Origin: Phoronis australis
Lineage: Eukaryota; Animalia; Phoronida
DNA length: 64,000 nt
Assembly: GCA_002633005.1 (NCBI GenBank)
Contig: NMRA01000247.1
Coordinates: 193,401-257,400, forward strand
Direction of reading: 5' to 3'
The notes beneath the pieces are model-generated. The model had not been told where the DNA came from, searched no databases, and saw only the letters and a program-made list of their open reading frames with translations. The translations under genes and the position numbers were made by a program. Of the stretch, positions 26,508 through 38,500 are shown one piece after another (positions within the stretch are counted from its first letter, which is position 1; each line of letters opens with the position of its first letter).

Positions 26508-26721
26508 TAAATTCCAGCTGCAATCCCCTAAACCCCAGTCCCAACCCATCTGACACCAAACTCATGCAAATTTCATTCCCGGGGTCCAGCTTCTTGACCA
26601 CTGGGTATAGAGTATTTTGGTGCGTGTGTGGAGCTTACAAGAGGCAGGTATGGAATTTGTGCTGTGGATTTGGTGTTTGTTGATCTGGGATTGGAGTTTA
26701 GGGTATGAAAACTGGAATTTA
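26508..26721. repeat. Long imperfect inverted repeat downstream of the DAPK1 stop
   Basis: TAAATTCCAG...CCCTAAACCCCAGTCCCA...ACACCAAA...AAATTTCATTCC pairs with GGTATGGAATTT...TTTGGTGT...TGGGATTGGAGTTTAGGG...CTGGAATTTA. Confidence 0.7.
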
Positions 26722-27343
26722 GAGTCCTGGCCATCGAATAATTTCCACCCCTTGAAAACACTGGTTGAAATAAATTGCAATAATGTGGATTGAAACTGGT
26801 CATTTTACTGCTTGACTATTGAAATCGAATTTATTTAATTGTCAAAAGTGATGGTTTGTCCCTGAAGAAATATAATGAAAGCCAGACAAAAACAATGTTA
26901 TGGGTTTGGTTTCTAGACAACTGAGTCATATTTAATGTATTTCTTGTGCGTTTCCATTGGGTTTAGTAACTCTTGAAGTGTGGTAGATAATTGGCGTGTG
27001 AGTCATGATACCACTGCATGGACACTTCATAATGAATTGGATTTGATATCTGATTGGGAAAATGCTATTTTTGGAGTTGACTAAATGAGAAATACTTGTA
27101 ATGATGGCATCAAATCATAAGCAAGTCTGGGTTTGGGCTTTTTCTTCTACTTTCAGTATTTAGTTACAAGTGTGGTGACTTGTGAAATAAATTTTCATTT
27201 AATTCTAGTTGCACATTCATGTACAACATTGTTTTAAAGGTGCTGTTTGCAGGTGATTGTATCAGTTGTTAACCGTGTGTTAAGGCAGCTATAAACCCTC
27301 ACTCCATCACAAAAGTTAACTTCTGATTAAGATCTCTTAGCAT

Positions 27344-27427
27344 TTAAGTCTGGTCTGCACACCACCTGTTGGCCACATCACATGACCAAATGTGGCCAAC
27401 AGACGGCGTGCAGACCACAGACTTTAA
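27344..27427. mobile_element. Short palindromic MITE-like hairpin flanked by TTAA
   Basis: TGGTCTGCACACCACCTGTTGGCCACAT / ATGTGGCCAACAGACGGCGTGCAGACCA (25/28 complementary), TTAA at both ends. Confidence 0.55.
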
Positions 27428-29459
27428 AAATGTTTGTGATCTATACTTCCACTCCTGTTCAAGATTTACATGCTTATATTTCTCTTAGCATTATGAAATT
27501 GGTTTCGAATTGTTCCTTAGTCATATTTGAGATGATTTTAGGGCTTTGAAAGAAGTGTTTGAAACGAGGCTTGACAAATTGTCTTGTCTCGGCTTGTCAC
27601 TTAATGTGTTGACTATGGTCTCAACTAATAGTTTTTTGCAAAGAAATTGTTTGTCACGTGTGTAAGAATTTAAATTGAGACCAATTTTATAGTGTTAAGT
27701 GGTCTAAATCAGAAATTGTCAACTTTGTTTATACTCGACTTTATAGCTGCTGAATATATTATCAAATTAACAAAGACATTTTAGGAATTTTGCTAAACAC
27801 TAACGCTAATGAATCACATCTGTCATTGAAACGTTGACAGTAGAGTTTTCGGTTTATAAAGGTATTAATGTTCTGTGTAGGGATGTTATTTGTGTTGCAG
27901 CAAAATTTCGCCAACTTTGACACAATGTGGCCGACAGATGGTATTTAATTTTCTTATTTCATATAAGGTTTATAGCACATGCTTCACTATGTATCATATC
28001 TAGGATCAGCCAAAATTTTGAAAACTTGGCGCTCGCAACAATGCAAGAAAAATGAGAAAAGGACAATTCTGGCAATCATGTTTGTCTGAAATTGGTGAGA
28101 ATTTACCGTATATATTAACTACAGGGATGATCCACACTAGACCATCAAGACATGAAGATAGCAAACATTCAACTTGATAATTAGTAAATTTTTATGTATT
28201 GTGTTTGTATTCATCACAATGTTGCGCACCACTTCAGTTTCACCATTGATTCATGTTGATTGTAGACATGTATGCTTATTCTCCACTTAAGTGGTACAAA
28301 AATAATTGCCAAAACTATATTTCATTTTTTAAATTCCAATTACCTTGATGGAGATAATGGAACTTTTCCAAATGATATTTTTGACATCCACACACTGCAT
28401 ATTTGCTTAGAATAGACTAAAATTGCCTTAATATTTATTTATGTTGAGAAATTTAACAAAATAGAATTATACTGGTCGGCCATATTGTGTGCTAAAGAAG
28501 CGAATAATTATTGTGTTGTTCATTGTCTTTGTCCTCAAGTAGTACATTGTAAACTGTTGTTGGTTGTCACCAGTGCTTGTTAGGTTAATATTGCGTTTGC
28601 CATGTGGTCATCGTCTGTCCAACTTGTCAACTATTATTTTTCGTTGCAACTGACATTCCTATAAAACATGTATCTCAATTTTGAATTGTGCATAAATTAT
28701 TCTCTAGCGTATTAACAATTTCGTTTTCGGCTTTTTTGGATTATGTGTTAAGTTTACATGCATATTCTCCTACTCTTATATACGGTACTTTAAAAACCTC
28801 TAACTTGGTAACTTATTAACATTTAGCTTAATGTGTGTTATTTTTCTGTTGCTTATAACTTTTGTGGTTGTGATTTGCTAAATTCATTTGCTTTCAAAGC
28901 TTTTGGTTTTAAGGTTCATTACTTTGAAGCCGCGACAAACTCTCATTTCTTCAAAGAAACAACTTTTCATTTTGACCACAGACTGTTGCAAAAATGATCT
29001 TGACTTGTTCTATGGTTTACTGTGTTGAGCTTTGTTTGCAAAAAGTTCAAGGTCAAAAAGAAAAGATTTTCAAACACCTTGTGTATCAAACTAGTTTGGT
29101 GATGTTTGGCCATGCAGTCGTTGAAAACTTGTTCAGCGTAGTTTAGTAAAATATTACCAATTGAATGGAACTCGTGTGATGATCAGTGTTGGTAGCCTTC
29201 ATAATGTGTTTTATTGTACAAAGCAGGGCATATAGGATGGTCCAAAACATGCTCGTTTACTACAAAATTGAAACTTCTAACGTAGACAGTTCAAGCCACG
29301 TTTTGGCACCTACCGGTAAGTCAGTGTTACAAATACCAGTCGAGGTCACATTTGCAATGGTCAACTTCTTTCAGGCAGAAGTGTCCCCTTACGGGCTTGC
29401 TGTTGTAAACTTTTCTTTTTTGCATGTGACCAGCCAGGGTCATTTTCTATCCTCTGTAG

Positions 29460-29960
29460 TTCACACAATGTTGTTGAAGGAATATCTCAAGAATGAAGCT
29501 TCATACTTTGCTCATATTTTATTCAAACTTGGAAAATGTTGACAGACATCTTATGAGGGGAGCTTTAAATTTCATTGATACTTTGTACCAGGTGTAGGTG
29601 GGGCAACTTTAGCTGCCAGTTTGGTAACCTTGACGTCATTTTCAAGGGCACTGCGAGGAAACCAAGTTTTGACTTCACACACAATATTGTTAACACGATA
29701 TCTCAACAAAGAACCTTTAATTTGATTTTTCATGTTTTGTGCCAAGGTTGGGGGCAGCTCTTGGTGGCAGTCCGTCTTGGTGGCCTTAACATCATTTTCC
29801 AAGTTGCAGTGAGATTAAAATCAAGTTTTGACTTGTGGAAAATGTTGGGGAGGTATCTCAAAAAGGAGCTTTAGATTATGCTCACATTTTTTTTCAAGGT
29901 ATTGGTAGAGTTGCTCCCGACATGCAGACAACCTTAACATCGTTATTAGGGTTGTAGCAA
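29460..29960. repeat. Degenerate interspersed repeat with ~170-220 bp internal periodicity
   Basis: Recurring CCTT(G/A)AC(G/A)TCATTTT and CAAGTTTTGACT, and TATCTCAA...GC/CCTTT modules. Confidence 0.5.
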
Positions 29961-30894
29961 GAAATGTTGATATTGTAGTTTATCAAGCACTCCATGAAAG
30001 TTCATTTTAAGGCAAAATTTTCTCATTTGAAAATTTGGAGAATTGCAATTGAATGATCATTTTCAAATGTGTTGGAAATAAAGTGTTACAAAGCTAGTCT
30101 TTTTTCCTTACCCGAATATTCATTACCATGTATAATTATAATATCCTAAATAAACGACTGCTTCCTAAGGTGGTGGGGACTTGGCCACCGTGTGACAATT
30201 GCTTTTTGTGCTCTAGTGTCCCATGACTCAAGTTAGCACTGGGACAGGATATTCGCGACCGTACGTCCATTGGTGGCACATTATCCATTCGGCTACCACA
30301 TGTATGTAAAGTCCAAAGCAAGGCACTTTACAAAGAAAAGGTGCGACATACACTCATAAAGGCAATATGCATATACCGGTACTTAACTTGCTCGGTAACT
30401 GAGTTTTTGTATTCTGACCACAGTTAAACAATAGTTAATGGCTATCTGATGTTGAGCGTGTACTGTACCATGTATAATTAGGTGTGCGTAGCAGACACTG
30501 GATACCTTTGTCCAGTCACTGGCCTTGCTGTGGCCTTTAGTTATACTGGGGTGCCCTTGCCGTTGCTCCGTCATCAAACTGGTTCTCAAAATCTGGACTC
30601 TAACTAAAACTATTGTCCAAGTTCTTATAAATGTATATCAAAGTGTCAAGAATTTGCTATTGACTGTTGAACTTCCCACACATATGAAATATGTCAATTT
30701 TTCTCAACTTCCTGGAAATAAAGAGGGAAAAACCTGAGCGTACACTTACTATTTTGAGTAATTTAGATAATTCACTTTCCGTCTTACTTTCATGAGAAGT
30801 AAGTCAAACACTAAAGATGGGTTGCACTTTTTAAGCATCTTCACCGACAGATCATAGTCAGTAAAAACTAGAATTCCGTCTATTGATTCAGAAA

Positions 30895-31990
30895 CGAACA
30901 GATTTTTTTTCTACGAATGTTTATTCGCTAAGCAAGTGAACCAATACAACATTAAAAATATTACAAAAATTCATTTTCAGGATAACCAGTCTCCAAAATA
31001 TAAAATTCCTTAATTTTAATCGCATATTCATGAGTTACAGAAAGGTGGAGGAATTTTGACAAATCCATCAAAATTAGTACACACAGCAATCTAAGTAAAC
31101 ATTCAAATGTATATCAAATTGACATAAAACTTAATGATTTTTAGAAATATACAAAAATGTAAAAGTTCTCAATAACAACTCTACACGAATAATACCTAAA
31201 GCAATACTTCCTGTTTAAATACACAAACTTGTGAATATCACCCTAGATCAAATTCATAATGGACTTATCTAATTTCTCGCACTCAGTTAAATTTCAAGTA
31301 AGTTATAACAGTAATTCGCATTCTTATGAAATACGTGCACTTCTTGTCAATTTCTTGGAAATAAAGAGTGTACAACACATGATCCTCTTACGACTTCAAA
31401 CAAGAAATACAGGTGATACTCAGCAGGCATCTTCACTGAGAGACCAGTCTTGCAACAAGTAGAATTTACAGTCCATTAAAATAATCAGATTTGCTTCTAA
31501 GAATGTTTATTTGCAAATCAAGGGATTCAGTTCCTTAAGATCACAAAGTTAAAAATATCACAAAAATTCAATGTCAGGATAACAACCAAAATATGTAAAT
31601 TCCTAATTTGTCTAATCACATATTTATGAGTTACAGGAAAGTGGAACAATAATGACAAAATTAATGAACATTAGGATACAGAATGATTGAAATTTAAGTA
31701 AACAAGTCATTCAAATATAAATCAACTGAATGACCTACAAAAGTTAATTAATTTTAGAAATCTGCAAAAATGTAAAAGGACGGAATAAATGTTACTTGGA
31801 ATATTAAGTGGAATGCACAGTTCTTATTAACAAATATAATAACACCTAATGAAATCTAATTTCTATTTAAGCTTAAAACTTTACACAAAAAATGTGAATG
31901 TCACAGCAGAGCAAATTAAAAATTATGCACATTTCTGATTTCTCACACACTCAATTAGTATTAAGTACAAAAACATCCCGAGTAAATAAT
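30895..31990 (-). repeat. Diverged tandem duplication in the predicted 3' UTR of the minus-strand gene
   Basis: ~30895-31330 aligns with ~31485-31990 (shared CAAAAATTCA..TCAGGATAAC, ATGAGTTACAG, TTTTAGAAAT..CAAAAATGTAAAAG). Each copy has TTTATT (AATAAA on minus) at 30920-30925 and 31506-31511. Confidence 0.7.
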
Positions 31991-32146
31991 TGTAATTCAA
32001 CATCATAAGCAAAAAATAACAATTGCTGACCACATCTGCAAAGAATATTAAGCACATTGCAAACGTTGTAGTAAATTATTGTAATCTAACATAAGCAAAA
32101 ATAACAACTGCTGACCACATCTACAAAGAATATTAAGAACATTGCA
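31981..32146. repeat. ~89-bp-period direct repeat just after the stop of the minus-strand gene
   Basis: CATAAGCAAAAA(A)TAACAA(T/C)TGCTGACCACATCT(G/A)CAAAGAATATTAAG x2. Confidence 0.85.
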
Positions 32147-32166
32147 GCTGTTGTCCACCATGCACT

Positions 32167-32547
32167 TTATCTGCCAGATTTCTTTCCAGATTTCAGAGCA
32201 GACTTGGGTGCCTTTGGACCAGAATCCTTCGCAGGTTCAGACACCTTCATTTCCTTTGTAGGCTGTGCCTTTTGTAACTGAATGGTTGCTTCTTCAATAA
32301 GTCTTGTCGTCGAACTCTTTTGTTTTTCTAAAACTAGCAGTTTATTTCTAGCCAGGGAAAGTTTTGCAACAGCTGCCTTGACAACACTAGAATCTTGTGC
32401 CTCCTCCTGATTGGCAAGTGCTGACTGTGATGCTACTTCCTGTTCCAATTGGCCAATGAGATCGCATTGAACAATAATGTCCTTAGTGGTGTTGGAAAAG
32501 TCTGCATTCAATTTATCTATACGATCCTCCAAGAGAGCAATTTCATC
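32167..32547 (-). CDS. Terminal exon of Cys-repeat membrane protein
   Basis: TTCCAG|DEIALLEDRIDKLNADF...ALKSGKKSGR*, 381 nt. Confidence 0.85.
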   Translation of the reverse strand, partial: DEIALLEDRIDKLNADFSNTTKDIIVQCDLIGQLEQEVASQSALANQEEAQDSSVVKAAVAKLSLARNKLLVLEKQKSSTTRLIEEATIQLQKAQPTKEMKVSEPAKDSGPKAPKSALKSGKKSGR

Positions 32548-35500
32548 CTGGAAACAAGAGTAATGCTGAGCGTCAATATGCACCCATCGCGCGCGCGTGT
32601 GTGTGTGTGTGTCACAAATGGCAAAGACATAAGGGTACTCATTTTTTCAATGAGTGTAGGAAAGCTCAACCGCCTAAAATCGCAACAATCTAGATGCACA
32701 GCAAAACAATCGGCCAATCAAAAGTAATAAGTAGAAAAGAAGTGACCAATAGAAAAGAAGATATAAGGAGGTAAACTGAATGATCGGTAAAGGTTTGATC
32801 CTTGGCAGAAAATGAAGCAAGATTAATTACCTGTGAACATATTATCCAAGAGGGACAGTTGACATTCAGTTAGATAACAGGGACAGTAAGATAACCAACA
32901 GAGACAGGCAGGCAGGGAACTATAGATTAAAATGCAAATTAATATGCTTCAAGACCGCCTGACCATTTACAATTAATGTAATATACATTCAAGGCAAACT
33001 AACAGGCTACGAAAGTCAGTAAAATTTCATTCAATACACATATTTCAAATTTTGTAACAATTCTTAACAGTTTGACAGATAGAAAGTCAGATACCAAAAG
33101 TGAACATTAAAATCATGCTGTAAAAGGCCGCAGAACATGTCAGTTGCCGTCTTTATACAAATAAATGTATGAATATTTCATGAAGTTCCACCAAATGCCA
33201 TGGTATTCACAGAAGCAGATGCAAAATTGCCACAAGGGGACACAGCGCTAGACAAACAGTACGTTCAAAGTCAACTTAAAAGTTGACTTTTGAATGTACA
33301 GCTTAAAATCTGTGATCTCTTAATGAACACAATTATCAAATTCCACGAAAATCCTTCAAAGAACTCTAATCCCATCTGTCATTTGAAAATAACATACATT
33401 TACCACATGCTTGACTTTGTTCTTGTCCTCCATTTTGTTCACAAACGTCTGCCACAGAGCTGTTCCAGTCATGTTGGCTGTGTCTGCTACCCTCCTTGGC
33501 ATCAGTGTTTTACCTGCAGAGACACAACCCAGGGATATTACTTACAGTTAAGAGTATTAAGCTGCAGTTTGACATGCGAATCCCACTTCACTATCCGAAC
33601 ACATTATAAACTGAATAAATAATAACTAGTGAAAATATACCACAACACTGACATCAACCATAAATCAAGCAGTCAATTGTGATTTTGTGCGATTTATGAG
33701 TACAATCGGCTAAACGTTGTGTAAGAGAAGTTTTTATTGCTACTACAAATTAATTGGTATTGACTCAATAAACTCATCAGTAGCCAAGCAATGATACTCG
33801 TTTATATTGTAACCATTTTCTATCGATTCCAGGATGAAACATTTTTTAAAGTGATATAAATTTATTGAAGAATAAACAGAACGTACAAAGAAATAATGAC
33901 AAACCCAGAAATCGCAAAACATTATATCTGGGTTGTAAACAATTCATAAATGAAACTAATATACATAGAGGTATATACATTTAAGTAGTATCTAATATAA
34001 GGATGAAACTTTCCATTTTCCAAATGTTGTTTTCCCCAAAAAGAAATTAGCTTTATACTTATTTCAGATGATCATTTATGAAGGCAAATTTGTGAATGAA
34101 ACCAGGTCAAGTGAGTATTGACCTTTAGGAGTTTGGTAGTACATACCTGACGCAGCGTTTCTGTCAAACAGTTCAGTGTCCACAGCAGCCATAGTCCCAT
34201 GATACTTGGCGGAGGCCATCTTGGATTCCACGTCTCCTAGGTAATCCTGCAGCTTACTGTGCACATGGAAACTTGTGTATTTAGTCAACCTGAAAAGAAA
34301 AATGTAATGATGAGATTTATTAGAGATTGAGTGACCTTTGTAGATCACATTTCCCCCTGAAATTATTCAAATAATACAGCAAAAATAGACACACCTTTCT
34401 GCAGTGACACCACAACTACTCAATGCCACACTATAGTTAAGTGCAAAATTGTGAACAATGTTATCGCATACTGTCTAGAATTTCAAATCTGATGTATAGT
34501 AAGTCTCAGTCGCAAATTTACAGAAAGATCTTTATTAACTTCTAAACCTTTGGTTGCGAAAGATGAAGTCATCTTTTCTCATATACTTTCAGCTAAAGGC
34601 TTAATGGGTTACAATGCATCTGTCCCACCATTCCTACATCTGTTATTTCTGGACCTAAACTGTACAAAAGGGTGTTTTTTTCTTCACAGAAGCTCTTTAA
34701 CATAGGTCCCTTTTTGAAGTTCACTCTCTAAATGGGTGAGTAGGCTTATTTTGAGTACCACGTGAGAGTAAGTCTCACCTCTGCTGCAGTCGTTCTTTGT
34801 TGAAGTGTACACCCTCAATGTCTGTTGCTGGCAGCAGCTTGACGTCCAACAAATCAGAGACTGTGTTTGACTTTTCCTCTTCATTGCTACATTCGCCAAA
34901 TGTCTCAGCCAGTGCCTGCTGGGCTGTCTTCTCCCCATCAGAGGTGGAGCTAATTGACGGGTTGGAGGATTGGCGGTAACGCGCAAAGAACAAGTCATCG
35001 CAAAGGACGGTGAGGGCGCGGTAGAATTCTTTTGTGAACTCTGGATCAGTGTCATCTCTCAGGTCACCTGGAAAGACAGAGGTCAGGTCAGGTCAGGTCA
35101 CATCAGGTCAGGTTAAGGAACAAATATGGACACTTGCGAACACATTACACAAAACCAGTCCTGCACCAGTTACGAGGAAGCCACATGAGAACAACTGCCT
35201 TAATATCAAGATGCATGCTTATTAACATGTAATTATGCATGAGAACACCATCGGAAGGTTTTCTATTGTCTTGAAAAATTAGTTTCTTTCAATCTAGTAA
35301 TTACAAAGAATTGGCACAAAACAGCGTTGGAAAATATGATTAACATAGCGTAATTAATAATAACAGGGACTCAAAGACCAAAACTAAAGTATGAGTAAGT
35401 CAATTATGATGAAACAAAACAACAAGAAGCATTTATTGAAAATGAAGGGGATACCATGTCAGTCACTGAGTCTATAACACATCCAACAATGTGAGACAGT

Positions 35501-38500
35501 TGACAGCAGGTGATGGAAACACCGTATAAACCAAAGATTGAGGTAATCGCGACAACAAGGCAGTGAAGTGTGATATGGCTGGATTGCTCAGAACATGGAT
35601 AGAGTATTTCATATGACGTTTAAGGCTTTAACGACCGAGAATAGCTAGAATGATGAGCAAGTCAAGTCATATTGAGTCTTGATTGTCTTAGAAGAGCACT
35701 GAATGTCATTAAGAAGAAGTGTTGTAGTCAACTCACCAGATTTGATATGAGACAGGCTGTGAGCAATAACCATGGCAAACTGGCCGACTGAATCCATACG
35801 TGATGTTCTGACATACAAAATACGATTGTTGGCATCATAGTAGAAAGAGTTGCGGTAGGCATTGTGTGTGAAATTCTTATTGGCAGGTGTCTTCTTAGCA
35901 AGTAACAGTGTAACGGGGGTGTGCTGGCAATGGGCGGCAATGAGATCCATGATGAAGCAGCCATACTTGTACACAACAAACTCGCGTACATCCAGTCTGT
36001 TCAGGTCTACAGGTTCAAGCTCTGTGTCACCGTCCCAGTCTACATCCTTTTTGTCCTGATAGCCAGTACCTGTGGAGGCATACCATACATTACAGTATAT
36101 GTTGTATACTCAAGGATCTGTTAACAATCATTGACTTCATCATCTGGCCAGTGAAGACCACCAAATCACACAGGAACAAAAATGTTTAGGTTCCAGAGGT
36201 TTGTAGCAATAAAGGCTTTGAATTCCTTAAAGTTTGGTACTGTTTAGAAAGTGAAAAACAGCTATAACTTTACCTGGCGCCATCTTTTGGCCTCGTACTG
36301 CACCGCTGGACACCAGACGCTTGATCTGTTCCACCTTCTGGTAAAGAGGCGACTGCATCAACAGGGCGATGAACTCAGCATCGTCGACAGGTGCTGCCAT
36401 CATGTAACTGAGTGGAACACCAGTGCCTGATGACGCCACTGCCTGACCAACAGATGGAGCTCCAACTGCATTAGCGGAAGGCTGGAGCTGTTGGGACGAA
36501 CCAGTCCCAGTTGGTTGCATTTCACCAGTTGATGAGGCCAAATCCATGTTGACGCTTTGTTTCAAAGTGAGAACCTGTCAAGTCACAAAAACATTCAAGT
36601 TTAATTACATTCAAGTTTAATTTCAATACAACAAAGCTGTCAATTTTACTGTATTAAAATTGAACAAATACTCGTCCACTCATTGGCACTGATACAAGCA
36701 CTGAGTTGATATACTGTTGGCGCACCATCATGTTTTCTGTGTCGTGAATGGTAAGTAAAAATTTCATGAAGAAGAAAATTACCAACTAAAATAATTTACC
36801 ACAAAATGCTATGAGGTCAGAATAAAAATACTCTTACAGTCAGTGGTTTTACTTAAAAACCACAAACATTGCAGAAGGTGGCTTTTTGTAAGTGTGGAGT
36901 GAAGGAAAATTCAGTTGACACAAAGAGACAGTAGATTGCTAACTTAAAGAACAACAGATAAAATAGTCATCTATTTCACTCACTCCACAACGAGGAAGGG
37001 CTGATGTCTGCAATGTTTGGTGCTTTTTAAATACAACTGATTGAAAATGTTCTTTTCTTTTGACTTAATATCACTTTGTTAAGGTGTTGTTTTTGAATAA
37101 ATGTAGAGAATTGGAGGATTCATGACTGTCACACATTCTGTCATGTTGCTCTACAACCAGAGACATCTACTGCTTGAAACAGAAGTGGACGTCATTTTGC
37201 TGGGTACCACAGTGAGGCCCCAAGAATACTCTTGACACTTATGGTGTTGCATTATCTGGCTTTTTAATTTTTGAGTTTCCTGCATCTATAAAAGGCACTA
37301 TTTATTACCAAGACACATTACAAAGATATCCAACACGATAATTAAATTTCGAGATTATTCATGCTGTCACTTTATACATCTCTGTTATATCTGCTCTATA
37401 TTGTTCTTTAAAGAAGCTGCAAATATACTGCGAGTTTGAGAGAGTGTTCATCAAAATTATAAATAAACAACACCGCGTTCAGCTAGTTTCACACACAAGA
37501 GGGCTGTTGCCAATCCTTTCAAACTGTAATTAAAGTCACTTTAAATCTGAGCACGCTGACCTCATCTGCCTTCAGTTGCTCTTGTTCTCTCTTCTGTTGT
37601 TGATCAAACTCTCGCCTAGTCTCCTCAGCCTCTTCTTGAGCTTGCGCCTGTTTCGCCTTCAGTTTCTCCTCACGTCTCTTTCTCAGTTTCTCCTACAATG
37701 GCACAGACAAAACTTTATTACGTAATGACTTAACACCAACTTGAGGCTTTTGTGTAATTTTCATGTCACCAAAACAGAATGCAATCACTTTGAAACTGAA
37801 GTCTATTCTGTAACATAAGCAATATAGAAACTGTACAGGTAAGCAATCTACTTCCTCTTTGTATGTCGTCTGTATTTTCCCTACTCCACAAGTCTTCAAA
37901 TAGTGATGGGTCTAGTCAACGTAATAACATCAGGGTTACTATCCCCTTCATATCCGGGGTCTCGGATAGAATTAAGTCCCACTTGAGAAACTTTGACATT
38001 GCCACAGCTTTGAAACCCATCAACTCTCCCAGGAGTCAACTGGTCTGGGTGAAAGACAAGGTTCCCAGGGATAAGTCTCTATTGTGGTTTATGGCATTAT
38101 GTGTGAGGACACATAGTGTACTGATTCTGCTGTTTTCACTCATATCATGACTGAACAACATTCATTTGATACCAGTGATGTATGCATTTTGGATCATGAG
38201 GAAAACTGGTTCAAACGTGGAGTTAAACAATCCATCTACAAATGTGTTGAATGCCCCCCTTTGAATCACCAAGGTGGATTAAGATTCAAACTTTACAAAA
38301 CACGGGATTGAGCACTGCGTTTTATTCCACACAGATTACGTAATCAGGTGTAAGTCACCACGGCATCAGCTAGTGAAAGTCCTCACGATGAAGACGCAAC
38401 ACTGCTCAGTCGATATGTCTGTCTGTATTAGGTTTTAATTCTTTTCTATAGTTCAAACTATGGTCACTACAGTTCCAAGTGAATGCCTGCAGTTAACCGC

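Noticed and set aside
27805-27840. CTAATGA...GAAACGTT, degenerate hammerhead-like
   Set aside because: G5 is missing and neither stem I nor stem II forms convincingly.
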